A stretch of 61,460 nt of DNA, filler included, from Rhabdomonas costata (GCA_019059605.1; 23 parts of 23 records of this genome joined end to end with filler, not necessarily neighbours in it), one strand, 5' to 3'. Numbered from the whole stretch's first letter, positions 37,661 to 50,504 are shown. Translations and numbers: made by a program. Notes: generated from the sequence alone by a model not told the origin.

Positions 37661-37873
37661 CTTGGTTGCAACTTCGATAATACCCTTGACATCCCAGCAA
37701 GGGTCCACAACAATGCACTTTCCAAGCTTCTTGTCACCGATCAGGTACATCAAATTCGCCATTTGCCGAGCTATTGGAAACACCATGGTCTGGACCGGAC
37801 TGATGCTCTTCATGCACACGTCACGGCCGGGAAGAAGTTGCCGAAGAAACAGCTCACGGGCTTTGCCAGCCAT
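37661..37873 (-). CDS. MBL-fold hydrolase exon 1, lying downstream of exons 2-4 (next tandem copy or permuted contig)
   Basis: MAGKARELFLRQLLPG..QMANLMYLIGDKKLGKCIVVDPCWDVKGIIEVATK|gt; its phase-0 donor matches the acceptor of exon 2 (NEMKIAATVLTH). Confidence 0.88.
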
Positions 37874-38371
37874 CCACAAAGAGACAAGTAAAAGGTTCCC
37901 GATAAAATCAATGGAGAACAAGAAAGCAATGCTGAAATATGCGGGGCGCCACTTTTTCCGTTGTTTTGATTTGCTGGGGTGAAAAAGTCAAACACGGAAA
38001 GCTGGAGTGAGGAGTGAGAACAACAACTTGCTCTCAGGTTGAGAGGAGAGGACGAGAAAAAGAAATGTGAACAGCATTATTCTATACGAAGAATGAAGGT
38101 CCCTTTCACGGCGAGCATGACTGAGCACCATCCCGTTCGCCGAAAAAAGAAACCAAACGCAGAACGTCAAGGTTTGTACCACGTGAAATGATTAACGAAC
38201 GACGACAGGGAAAAACCACTTTCTCCGAACTAAGTTTCAGTCGAAACTCCTCCGGCTACCAGTTGGTGAAAAACGAGTCAATACATGTATCCGAAAACAA
38301 CTTGACCTTCAGCTCACCAACGCACCACCGTCAGGTCCTGGCAGTTCGCAACAGTAACCCATCCGGAAACA

Positions 38372-39483
38372 TTATATGAAAAAAGTGTCTTTTGTCTTCC
38401 AAAGCTCCAAAGGGATGGCTTTCAGGAACCCTGCGCGTTGCTCGCGATCCACAGTGCTGTGTTTCCCGGCCTGCGCGTGGCCAGGCCATACGACTGTGTC
38501 CCCACGCAACGAGGACAACATCTTGAAGCTGTGCCACATTGCAATTTTGTCAGAGTCGGGATTCTCCAAACTGCCACAGCTCCCGGGGAAAAGAGTGTCA
38601 CCGGTGATCAGCCCCCGCCCATTCACCAAAATGCAATGGCTGCCTGCAGCCATGGCACAAAAAGAAGGGCGAAAAAAGCACAAACATCCGGATACAAGCA
38701 AAATCTTGAACTGACGAGATTTCGGAACATTTAGAAAAACCGAAAAAAAAAATCACCAAAGAAACCGAACCTCAGGTAAGCTGACAAGGTGCTCCGGGAC
38801 AGTGAAGGTTCAGATGTGCAAGAGATGAAAAATGAACCTTTCAGGCATCCCACGCCCAGAGGCTTCAAAAAAAAATTCCTACAGTCCTTGCGCACCTGGG
38901 GAGTGCCCGGGAGTGTGCAGAAGCCTCATCTGCACACCCTTGCCTGCTTCCCACTGCTTGTGATCCTCATCCGCCCACAACGCCCCTTCCCCAGAGGGCT
39001 TGCGCGACTCCACCCGCAGCCCTTCCGCAGAGAGCACCAGCACATCGTGGTGCTTTGTGGGGCGCAAGTGGGCGGAGCTGATGCCGTTGCTTTTCCGCAC
39101 CGGCTCACTGTCATGCTCACTGTTGACAGAAAGCGGAAAAGTCACGACACGTTTCTCATGGCATAAATATCTCGGCACTTGCTGAGGTTCCCATGACAAC
39201 TCGAGGCACAGCTTTGTTCCGCGCGTTACCGAAAGGGAAGGCACAACGTGCAGAACGGTGAGCGACAGAGAGACTTGTGTCGAATCAAAACGGGACGGAA
39301 AAGGTCAGCCGACCAAAGCACAAATGAAATGGGAAATTTATGTCGAACATACTTGACGTAAACAGGGACCTTGAGCGACTGGACCAGGTCGTACACGCCC
39401 TCCACAGGGACTCCGTTGAACACACCCCCAGTGTGGTCAAAGTGGTTGTGGGTGAGCACAGTGGCTGCAATCTTCATTTCATT
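38372..39483 (-). CDS. Metallo-beta-lactamase-fold hydrolase (glyoxalase II/HAGH-like), exons 2-4 (39483-39353, 39119-38896, 38643-38372)
   Basis: THNHFDHTGG, LLHTPGHSPG, LITGDTLFPGSCG, VWPGH, STVDREQR; GT-AG introns in phases 2 and 1. Confidence 0.92.
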
Positions 39484-40664
39484 CTGAAAAAGCGATGAGC
39501 GAATTTTTAATGGCAAGCGGAACTGGCTCCAAAACATCGCTTAGTTCACAGTCGTCACGGTTCACGTTCATTCACGTTTGTTCAGGTTGAATCAGGAATG
39601 AATCTGAGGCACAAACCAAAATATGAACAATCACGATAATTCAAGCAAGGGATGAAGCCCATTCTATCCAAGAAGTCAGACACCCTGCAGCTCCAGATCC
39701 TGAGGTGGTCAAACGAAACCCGAAACGACACTGCATTCGGGAGGCCCATTTTCAATCAAATATCCAATCTCTTCCACCCACATACTGATTTTTTCTCCCA
39801 AACCTTGCGCCTTCACGCGCACCCACCCGCCACAGACATGCCCACGCGCTGTCTTCTCACACTCCCTCCCTACTCACCTCCCGGACAATTTCTGTTACCT
39901 TCGGTTTTCCCTTCTGTGATCCCGTGGACGTGCTTTTGTGCTGTTCTCTTGTGCGGGGAGAAAACTGACGTTTCCCGCATATATCTTGTTGGTGTAAACA
40001 CAGACTTCTTTTTCTTACAAACCATTTCTTTCTTTCGCCCTGCGTTACATCTCCATCATGAACTCTTCACCTGCCTCCGGGGGCACCGNNNNNNNNNNNN
40101 NNNNNNNNNNNNNNNNNNNNNNNNNNNNNNNNTTAATTAATTAANNNNNNNNNNNNNNNNNNNNNNNNNNNNNNNNNNNNNNNNNNNNGGGTGGGGGGTG
40201 TAAAATGCATTAAATTTATAGGGGTGCAGTGAGCAAGACACAGCACCTGTGAGGTATCGTTCGGTGGTGGTCGTGACTGGTGGCCACGGGGGGAGGGGTC
40301 TCCTTTTTTTTTTTTCGGATTTGTGGAGCTGTGTTTTTGGTTGAAATTAAGCCAGGGAGAGCGGAGGCGATTGGGGTAAGGAATGAAAAAGTTTTGCAGT
40401 GGAAGAAATTACCACCATCTAGGCATTTTCTACTTTGATGTGGAAAGGAGACTTATTTACACGCAAAACCACAGATCACAGCCTATCACTGGAGGATCTC
40501 TCCACCTGCCCAATTGCGGGAGGGAGGGGGGCACAGGAGGACTGGAGGGCTTTCTTAGAAACAACATGCCCCACACACTGCGCGCAGCGTGTGCTTATGA
40601 TGAATGTTTTTTGTGCGAGCAGCGGAGGTTGACCTTGGTGAAGTGGCCTTGGCTTTTGGTTTAG

Positions 40665-41429
40665 GCCTTTGCGGAGATTCCGGAGTCGATCCGGCCGGCG
40701 TGCACGGAGCGGCAGCGCCGGGAGACGGAGATCATGAAGCAGCTGCTTACGACCTACTTTGGGATCGTCCAGATCAGCCTTGCCGACAAGATCCCAAAGG
40801 CGGTGACCCACTTTCTGGTCAACCGGGTGCGCAACGACCTCCAGAACGAGCTGGGTGCGTGTGTGTGTGAGTGTGACAGTTTTTTTTTTTGGTATTTTAA
40901 CAGTTGTGGCAGTACTGCGCCTTAGGGGTTGCAGTTCCTGCAGACTCAGCCGAGAAAAATTGATTTTTTTCGGTGGTGACACTGGATCTTTTCAGGTTTG
41001 GTTCGTTTGGGTCGACCTATACATAGTCTTCCCCCCCTCTGGCAAATCCGGAGCATTGAGGCTGCTCGCACTTGGGTTAGGAACAGGGTTTTGTTTCATC
41101 CCCGGTCTCTTTGTCCGTTGTCTCTTTGGTTCTTTGTCCATAACGCAAGTGTATACAAACTACCACAACTACAAACAGAGACCCCTTTGTTTGCTTTATC
41201 ATAACGACATTGATTTAATTTCATGATAACGGTAGGTACAATGCGAAATGACGCTTCCACACGCACATGCACACACACAGTCAGCATATTCTACAAGGAG
41301 CACCTGTTCAAGGACCTCCTCGTGGAAAACCCCGAGATTGCCACCCAGCGGGTTGCTGCTCAGCAGATGTTGAAGTGCCTGCGGTCCTCTGCGGAGGTCC
41401 TGTCCGAGATCCGCGACTTCCGGCTGTGA
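40665..41429 (+). CDS. Dynamin-related protein (Drp1/Vps1-like) C-terminal GED; exons 40665-40854, 41281-41429
   Basis: ERQRRETEIMKQLLTTYFGIVQISLADKIPKAVTHFLVN..LQNEL|VSIFYKEHLFKDLLVENPEIATQR..MLKCL..VLSEIRDF*; phase-1 GT-AG intron. Confidence 0.92.
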
Positions 41430-43243
41430 GCCCTCCGAGCCCCGCCCATATCCAAACGTTCGCTTTTGGGGCTTTTCAGAACCTGAGTTCTCGGATGGCT
41501 CTAAAAAAAGAAAGGAAGAGGCGAACCGACCGTACATTGCACGGAGCGGGTGTCATCCGCGGGCTCTCTCTTCTCTCTCGCTCTCTCGCTCTCTCTACAA
41601 GTCGATTTTGCTCATTCGTACCGGCCGGCTCACAACATGCCGTGGCCGCTGTCACGAGGGCGGTGTTTGCCATTTGTTGAACCCTCCCTCTTGCAATTTC
41701 CCACCAATGCAGGAAGAAAAGCCGTGAGCAATCCGTTCCCTCTTCTGCGTTCCCAACGGATGTAAATGTCCTTCCGTTTCGGGGATGGAGGTTATTGGCT
41801 ATCGATCGCTATGCTTTGGTTGACCGTGGGGTTCAGGGGGAGGGGGCTTTGGAGACTGTGGGAGGATGGGGTGAAATGGAGATTTGTCCAACGCTGCGCA
41901 TGGTCGGATAACGTGTCGTTTAGGACGGTGGAAAATGAATAGCGATCATTGCTCAGTATCGACCAACATGGTGCATGATAGGGGTAAGGTTATTGCAGCC
42001 AGCAATCTGATAGGTGGGACAATGCTCCATTCAACCGTCAGCCCACGGCTTCTCTTCTCGGGAGCACTCTGTAAAAATGCGACCACATGCCCCCACCCCA
42101 CCCTCAGTTGTTTGCCGCCCGTCTCCAGCTTTGCCGTGTGTATAATCTTTGCTTTGCTCGTGGGTTTTTCTCGCCCTTCCCTTCCCCTGTATCCCTGTGC
42201 TCTGTATGGTTTGGGGGAGGCCCTGTGCGGAAGCTGTCCACTGCTTCTCTTGAAATATGCTGTTGTCCGCCTTTTTGGGCTGACTGGTGTACCTCTGTCC
42301 TTTGGCAAAGCCTTGCCCTGTCAGTATCGCGCATCTGTTTTCGCCAAAGCGAGTGTGGGGAGGTGATGAAGCCACAACTTGGCATCGTTTATTGTTAGCT
42401 TGGGAATTTCTTCTTGGGGCTTTGTATCAGTAGCCTCTTCGCATGCTCCAGAGATTCAATTTGAAGCATTATACACCGTTACTTCCGAACTGTGCAACCC
42501 TTTTCTGGAGAGGTTCCTGGTTCCTAAAAATTTCCTGAAAACGAGGCAGATAACTCACAAGGGGACAGGCAGGAGGGAAGAGGGAAAGCGGTGGAAAGAA
42601 CGAGAACAAGTGAATTGTGCGGCAGAGGAAAGGCTCTAATTTTCCCTTCTTCGCCTGGGATGAACAACAAAAGTGACAACACGCAGGCGTAATCAGAAGA
42701 CATGGCTAAGGCCCGACCCCAACACCAGTGGTGCGCTCATTGATGCACTCTCACCAACACANNNNNNNNNNNNNNNNNNNNNNNNNNNNNNNNNNNNNNN
42801 NNNNNTTAATTAATTAANNNNNNNNNNNNNNNNNNNNNNNNNNNNNNNNNNNNNNNNNNNNTCCCCCTCCCACCTTGGGTATTGTGGATGGAGGCAAATG
42901 CCTCCTCCGTGACGGGAACATTGGAGCTGTTTTATTATGGTTGTGGCATTGTGGACAGCACTATGCATTGTTAGATAGCTTTATGTTGAGGGACAGTGTC
43001 TCACCAGCGGGGCAAATCCTTCAAGAGCAGTGCAAATGCGACAGAATATTGCTTCAGAGCCAGAGCGAACACGCGCACCAAGGTCAAGCACGATTGAGAC
43101 TCTTTAGCATGCCTTTGTGGGTTCCGAACTCAGTTCCATCCCTCGGTTTCTCAGTGACCGGTGAATGTTTTTTTTGGAGCAAGCGTCTCTTTTCGCCCGT
43201 GCCGGTGCCCCCCATTTTATCCGTTCTATCGCAGACCGTGGCG

Positions 43244-44299
43244 ATGGCGGACGGGAAGGTGAGCTCCTCCCTGCCGGCCCAAGTGTTCTGGCACAGCTTC
43301 AAGGTGGTGCACCCCACGGTGGTGGACCAGTTCATGGAGCTGACGGACTGCGTGCTGTGCGGGAGCTGCACTTCGAGCTGCCCTTCGTACTGGTGGAACA
43401 ATGACCTCTACTACGGCCCTGCGGCGATGGTCCAGGCCTGGTAGCTTGAGTTTTTTGTCTGTGTGGAACCACCTTGTCCCTCTGGGACGGTCCCGATCCG
43501 TCGCCACTCTTTGAGGTCCGTGATCAGATGGCACAGCTGGCGCTAACAAAAGCAACCAGCTCAGCCTTGAAGAGCTGGCTTGTTCCTTTCCTCGAAGTCG
43601 ACGTACGGTAGGGACACTCACCACCGCAGTGGATTTGCGGTGGTTGCAGTTCCGTAGTAGGAATGGATGAGCGCCTTCATCCTCTTGTCCCTTTTGTTTT
43701 TCAGGCGTTGGCTGTGGGAGCAGCATAACGACAAGGCCACCTTTGAGCGAAAGGTTAAGCAGTTCACCAACGGCCCTGTCACGGTTGAGTTCTGCCACAA
43801 CATCGGCAACTGCGTCCTTGTGTGCCCCAAGAACATCAACGTACGCGCTTTGCATCATTTTTGTAGTTCTGAGCTCCTCGATGCTCCCCCCCCCCCTTGC
43901 GTTGCATTCAGTCCCTTTATGGAAGAACGATCCCAGATTGAAACTTTGAAATCTGTCTCTGTGTCTTTATATAGTGCCCTGCTATTTCTGGTCGTTTGCA
44001 AGAATTCTGATGTATTTCGCGCTTTTTGGGGGGAGGGACCATTTTGGCCTGGATATTTCATGACGACTTTGCCCATCACAAAAAACTGCAGAGGTGATGC
44101 CACGTCTCGAACAAGTGGGGTGGAGGAACGTTGTAATCGCTGTTGGTTTTGAGGTGTGAAAGGTATCCACCATCGATCATAAACAAGTGGGGAAGTTAAC
44201 GACACATCGCACTCTTTCAGTTACATTTAGCCACAACCGAAAACAAAAAAGGTTGACCGCGTGATGCGAGGATTTACCCTGCTGGCCGCCCTGAACTGA
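43244..44299 (+). CDS. SDH2C: Succinate dehydrogenase Fe-S subunit, C-terminal half (SDH2C / SdhB-C), ~126 aa; exons 43244-43440, 43705-43840, 44252-44299
   Basis: DCVLCGSCTSSCPSYWWN..YYGPAAMVQAW|RW ([4Fe-4S]) and FCHNIGNCVLVCPKNIN ([3Fe-4S]); ATG 9 nt after an acceptor; no [2Fe-2S] domain. Last exon tentative. Confidence 0.88.
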
Positions 44300-45684
44300 G
44301 CCTGGCTGCACTCCCAAGGTGTGACATACCTTGTTCTTTATTAACGATACCTTCATCTCAGTTTCTTTCTGCCCTTTCCCCAGAGACTAGTCATTAGCCT
44401 GCAGGACACGCTGGTTGGTGTGGCCAATGAGGATTTGCATGAGACGTATAAACTTGGGTTGTTTTTATCGTGTCACTCGTGGCACTCCCTTTTTAGGACA
44501 ACACCAACGCTGGAGTCCTTATGGGTGCTTCCTCTGGGTTGCTTTCGCGCACCATGTGCAGCAGCGTGGTCTGGCGCCGCCCTGCCACCGTCAGCGGGGG
44601 GTGCTTGTGGTCTATTGTTTTTGCCCGAGGGGCGTCGGGGGGGTGTTGTTTATCTATATAGCCCCGGGAATAACTTGTGCAACTGTTCTGCCTTCACCTC
44701 TCCGTGCAATTGTGTCATCCCCTTCCCAGCGGTTCCAATGGGGAATTTTGCTGGGACGGTCGGCCGGCTTGTGTTGCCTTTCAGCGATTTTGCACCACCA
44801 ACCTAACAGTCATGCTCCAGATTTATTCCAGCTAATGGCTGCAGATCATGAAATAGACGAGGACCATGTCTCACGGTTTCGAAAATTCAGCTTAACTACT
44901 AGTGGCTGATACAGTCCCTACTCCTACTACCTACGTCTGGGCAAGGCAAAATTGCACACATTGCTCTGGAACGCGGGGGCACAGGTCTGGAAGAAGTTCG
45001 TAGTGTGTCTCAGAAGTTCGTAGTGTGCATAACCGTGTACCACTGTGCCATTATTTCCTGTCACATGTTGGCATACAGTTGGTTCTTCTTACTCTAGATT
45101 AACTTTTCGTCCAACGCGCAGCGCGCCCGGGTTTGGTTCAGGAGTTCCTGAATGGTGGGTCCGAGCCGGGGGACGCGTTTGTACCCTCGGCCAAGGTGGG
45201 TCAGACGGCTGTCCTCCGAACAAGTCTCTCGGGGGGCATTGGTTTAACGGGGGGCGGAACCCCACTCTGGAAAGAATTTGGCAGCGTTGGTTATGGGCGC
45301 CCGGCTGCCGGGCGACGTCAGATCCGGAAGCACGCCGCTCGGCAAGGATCACACGCGAAAGCAAAGGCACGTAGACCGAGCACAAAACTGTTGACACAAA
45401 AAAGCAAGCACAGAACGCCCGGCAAACCCACAAANNNNNNNNNNNNNNNNNNNNNNNNNNNNNNNNNNNNNNNNNNNNTTAATTAATTAANNNNNNNNNN
45501 NNNNNNNNNNNNNNNNNNNNNNNNNNNNNNNNNNTGTGCCGACTGCACAGGTTCTCTATGCACGACGTAACCAGCTTAAAGGTTGATTCGGGCTTTAGCT
45601 GCAGATGTCTTGCACCCCCATCCTTGCTTCTCTCTCTCTTTCACACACACACACACACACACACTGTCTCACGGACTCACTCAC

Positions 45685-47907
45685 TCACTCTTTACTCAGA
45701 ACATAAACACTTAACGTCTGCGGAGAGCCCTGGAAAACCGTCTGGTCCCCCAGCGCCATCTGGTCCCCGCTCTTCAGCACTCTTGATATGGACTGGGGAT
45801 GCGCCGATAGCCGTTGCCGGAATCTTAGCGCTGCTAGAAAGGTCATTCCTACAGTGACGTTATGATCCTGTTTTGCGAATGCGGCCGATGCCGCTAAATA
45901 TACACCCGTCAACTTCGAAACAAGGCGACTGAGTACTGGAAGCTAGAAGTAGAGAAAGCAACTTCAGCGCGCCCGAGCCTGGGTTTTTGTCTTGGACAGG
46001 AAGGGGTACCACACGTTCACGCAAACGTCAAGCGGATGTCCACGTACTCAGCACACTCCCATCTTCTTGCGCACTATCCTAGTCGCATCATTAAGAACGA
46101 CCAAAACTTCGGTGAGCGGCTTCGGTGAGTTAGGCTGTTCACAACCTCATGTACATGAGTCCCGCCCACACAGGGAATTCCGGATCAAAAGCAGACAACC
46201 AATTAGCAGTGGCCACAGCGGTGCACCACAACTTGAATTGTACAGGAACCGGCTGAAAACAATGTACAAAGGGGAGCAAAGCCTCACAGGCAATCCAGTG
46301 AGACAGAGAAAAAAGGAAAAATGTTCACAACGTTAAGAAACATGATTTCATACCAAAATCAAAAACGAATCACGCACAAGCGAACAGAGCTGAACAAACA
46401 AAGAAGGGAGAGTTCCGCGCATCTGGCTTTACGAAAACTTTGCAGGTGATGCTTTTAGGTCGCGTCCCCTAATTACCCAAAACCCCGTTGACCTGGGCGG
46501 AAGTTGGCGAGGGTGTGGTTGTGTGTGGGCAGGGCGAACAGGGTGTGGTTGGTGCGGTGCAGCTCGGCCAGCTGGCTGAACCTTCGCATCGTGCCGGCAA
46601 TGTAGTGCGGATCGCACGCCACGAAGACTCGGGAAGTTTGGAACTTCCGCGCCACGGATAAAGTGAGGGCGAAGGTCTGCGCCTGCACCCCACAACAACC
46701 AAAAAAGCCATTTGTTTGAGAAAACAGAATAGAGGCTCGCGATTCGAACATTTAGGATGTGATTTTTCGGTGTCAGACAGTCAGGCCTGGAACACGCCCA
46801 AGCAAAGCCAAAAAACAAGGAAAGGTGACATTTGAACGAAACACATGGCACCACAGACCAAAATTCGTGATTCGTGGTGGCAGCTTCTGCTGCGGGAGTC
46901 AATCTGGCGAAGAGTCAGAAACGTATTAAACTGAACGTTTCTTTTTGCAACCGATGCAGCTGAGCTCAAAAGTGACAAAGGGTGGTCATACCTTGACAGC
47001 AAATCCCATATCACGCGCGATCATTTGCACAAATGCAAGCGCGCACCTCAGAAGGGCACTTCATGGCATTCGAGCGGGTCGCGCACCACTGACGGAAGTC
47101 CCCAACTCGGATGTGAACTGCCACAAACCTGAAAGACGCGACTAAACTACACCGACACCTTTCTGTACCGCGCGACTTGGATGCACGCAAAAAGAACCCA
47201 AGGTCAACCCATTCACAACATCGCCTTCGTTAAAGGCCACATCCATAATGACTGCAAGATCAGGAGTGCCCCTGTACGAGGGGGGGGGGTCAGGGGAACC
47301 ACAAGAAAAGAACTATGTCGCATGGCCATGCCGAGAGGGATCATAAAACTATGCTGTGGTTCCCACTCTCATCCCTGCACCATGTAACTGGAAATCCCTT
47401 TTCACGACGTGCTTTGTTTCGTTGCCATAAGTGTTCGCTTTGCTTCCCTGTGCTCTTTGTCTCCATGTTTTCTTTTTTTTTTTGCACCCTTTTCCCAACC
47501 TTTGCTCACCAGTGTAAGGTGCTGGTTTGCCTTTCACCCGGACAATGAACACTCAATTGAACAACACCCCTCAAAGCTGTCTTCTCTTTAGTGATGAAAA
47601 ACCGTATCGGTGGAAGTGCACTGTACGTGCGAAAAAGAGCTGCCCAATGGCCGTGGACAGCGACCCATCCCCACCCCCACTCTGTGCCGTCCTTTCTGTG
47701 ACCCTGTTGCGGACATACGGGGGCTGCTGCCGCACCCACTGCAGGGTGGGCTCCCGGATGGACCGGGCGGGCACGGTGGCGCGGCGCACGCGCTGGAACA
47801 GGGGGCAGCGCTCGTACATCGCCCCCAAAGGGGGATCGTTGTAAAACCGCGGGTAGGCAAGCCCAGGCCGCTTCACAAGATGCCCCGGCCAGTGCACCCC
47901 GACACAC
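45685..47907 (-). CDS. Hypothetical protein, 5'-partial; exons 47907-47703, 46682-46493, 45848-45685
   Basis: Three GC-rich AG/GT-bounded exons join in frame (..PPYVRNR|AQTFALTL..NFRP G|MTFLAAL..SKE*); no family recognised. Confidence 0.6.
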
Positions 47908-49499
47908 CTGTGAGAGAGAAGGGGAGCCGCGAAGACGTCGGCCTAAGTCGGCGCAATGACTTAAGAATGGCCGCGGCAATCTTAATTTTGGATTTATTTC
48001 GAAATCCATAAAAAAACGAAGGCAATCGTTGCACACACGCCTGAGTACGACCCAAAACAAAAACATGACCAAATTTGGACATGCGTGCTGCCAAAAAAAA
48101 NNNNNNNNNNNNNNNNNNNNNNNNNNNNNNNNNNNNNNNNNNNNTTAATTAATTAANNNNNNNNNNNNNNNNNNNNNNNNNNNNNNNNNNNNNNNNNNNN
48201 TGGGATGAAGACCTGATCACCGCTAGGGGCCCCTTTCGGCAAACGAATCCGCGGGCTTGGCGGCACGGTCTTCGCACCGCCGTTGTCGTGGAATCGAACC
48301 CGCGACCTTGCGGCCACTCAGCCGGCCCAAGGAGAACGCAGCTATCAAAGATATTTGCTCGCTTCAAAGATCCAAACCCAAACCTTAAGGAGAACACGGC
48401 GGACTGGAGCGCCTTGGCGGCGTTTACCGTGACATAGGAAAGTTAAAGGGCATTGCCTTTATAATGGCGCTTGTTTTCTGTCATAGCGGCCGTTCTTTGC
48501 AGTTTAGCTTAGCCTTTTTGGGAGGAGTGTTTGTGTGCCTTAATTTGTGCTCTTCTGTTTTGTGTGGGTTTTGTCTGTTTGCGCTGTGTTCCTCGTGCCG
48601 TTTCTGCGCTCCAAGCCAACCGATGGAAAACACCGGCGAAGCGGCGTGGCAAGGGGCGGTGTTTTTTTTTTTTGCAATGGCCTACTCGGTGATGGAAAGG
48701 TCAACGCCGTCGTTTTCTCGGCCGTCTACCGTTTGGGCACGAAGGACGGGTTAAAACCAATCTGTGGACACATTCCCGCGCTAAGCCGGGCGGGGGGACG
48801 GCTGGCACACCTTGGGGGTAGGACAAGGTCTCGGGATTCTGTGCACAAAGGTGTGGGGGTGGCCGTAACCGGCAGCGACCCGTGCCACTGATGGAAGCTG
48901 TTGTTTTCCGTTTGACAACGACGCACAAGACGCGCGAAGGGCACCAAAGAAGCGCTCCCAATGAAGCACCAATGAAGCGTTCCCGCCTGGGGATGCACAG
49001 CAGAAAAAGGGTGACCAGCACAACAAAGCACAGAGCAAACAAAACCTGGCGGGTGGTGTGCTCCAGTTTGGTGGGGTTGCACTGGCGGGAAAGTGGTAGC
49101 GAGGACGCGTGGTGGCGATGAGAAAAGCGAGTGGACTCCATTTTGAAAGGTTAAGTGCAAAAAAGTCTACGTTTTTCTGGTGGCAGGCACTGGAGGTAAA
49201 CCGCAGAAGAAACGGTAAACACCCCATCACTACCTATTCCTCTCTTTGTCACAACAAAACAGCAGTCTCAAGGCCCAAAATGCCCACTGAATGACGCACA
49301 CGGGCACCAGTTCTTGCAATGACAGCGAATACAAGTACAAGTCAGGGCGCCACTCGCTGTTGCCAGGAGGGAGACCCTTGGGGACAAAAAGCGCCCAAAA
49401 TGCCCCTTTGTTGCCTCGAGGACCGCAAGGGGTCAGCTTGCTGGATCTTTTCGTGACAGGGGCAACGAAACCGTCCCTACCACTCCAGCTGCGCTCAGG

Positions 49500-50504
49500 T
49501 CAGGATGGAGGCCGCGCAGCTGCGGAAGCTTCGGGCTGCAAGATTCGCAGCACTGAAGGGACATACCGCCTGTCCTCAACATTGATGTGTAGCAGAAGCC
49601 ACCTGAGAAATCGAGCAAAGACAAAAGGATCTCAAGAGGTAGGGGGATAGGTAGGTGGAGTTGGTGCCCCAGTATGCGTTGGGTTTTCACACGTAGGCTT
49701 ATTCTTGCCAGACAGATGGGCTGGCACCCCAAAACGCTGATGGGCTTAGAATACATTCCTTTTTCTTCTTTCTTCTTTCTTCAATTTGTACATTCGTGCC
49801 GCCATCCTGCACAAAGCACAGCCCCCGAACCAGACCAACCAGTTTCAGAAGGAATTCAAAGCGATCCCCCCCGATTACGGAAACGAAAAAAATGGGTGGG
49901 CAGGTGGTGCACGTCCGACGTCCGACGACGTCACAGTGTACACACCTAACCAAAAACTGCATCAGGTCCAGGCAAGCCTGCCGGTTCGGCACGGAGACAT
50001 CGTAGAGCTCGTCACGGGCAGCACTAACTTTCGAGATGAAGGCGTCATGGCTGCCAGCGATGAAAGTTAGTCGGATGAAATAGTATGCAGAGATAAGTAA
50101 GGGTGTTGCTCAACCATTATTGAGGTGCCGTTCACCAACCTTATACTCAACCACAAAAAGCTGGATTGCACGTTTCCCAAGGTTTCGCGTACGAACCTTA
50201 TTTTTGCGTTGCAACGCAATGAACTGCACATACAAGGAAGTCATGAAAGATGCGCTACGTCACAAAACTCAAGTTTTCGGGACAACTCGGACCAGGCTCT
50301 AACTCGCACGTCACCCCACAGTGCTGCATGTACTATCAGGCGGTGAATTTCGCAGAGACAGACAGAGAGATAGAGAGACCTTTCGCAGTGCGTCTCGCGC
50401 TCTGCGTAGCCGGCCTGCCCAAATAGGTCTTCTTCTGTCTGGAAGTGGAAGACGCAATAGTCAACCAGGTCGTCCAGGGCCTTGTGCAGAGACCGCCGTG
50501 CCTT
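49500..50504 (-). CDS. Hemerythrin (bacteriohemerythrin-like di-iron domain), 5'-partial; exons 50504-50380, 50050-49946, 49602-49500
   Basis: LDDLVDYCVFHFQTEEDLFGQAGYAERETHCES|HDAFISKV..LMQFLVR|WLLLHINVEDRRY: HxxxE, HxxxH and HxxxxD ligands; two phase-2 GT-AG introns. Confidence 0.92.

Noticed and set aside
44992-45028. Tandem duplication agaagttcgtagtgtg x2
   Set aside because: Single short local duplication in non-coding DNA with no spacer series.
48287-48330. Functional tRNA gene
   Set aside because: No anticodon arm or acceptor stem; kept only as a possible SINE head.
40665-50504. Dynamin, SDH2C, hemerythrin and MBL hydrolase as a mitochondrial/redox gene cluster
   Set aside because: They sit on separate contigs that appear grouped by length; adjacency is artificial.
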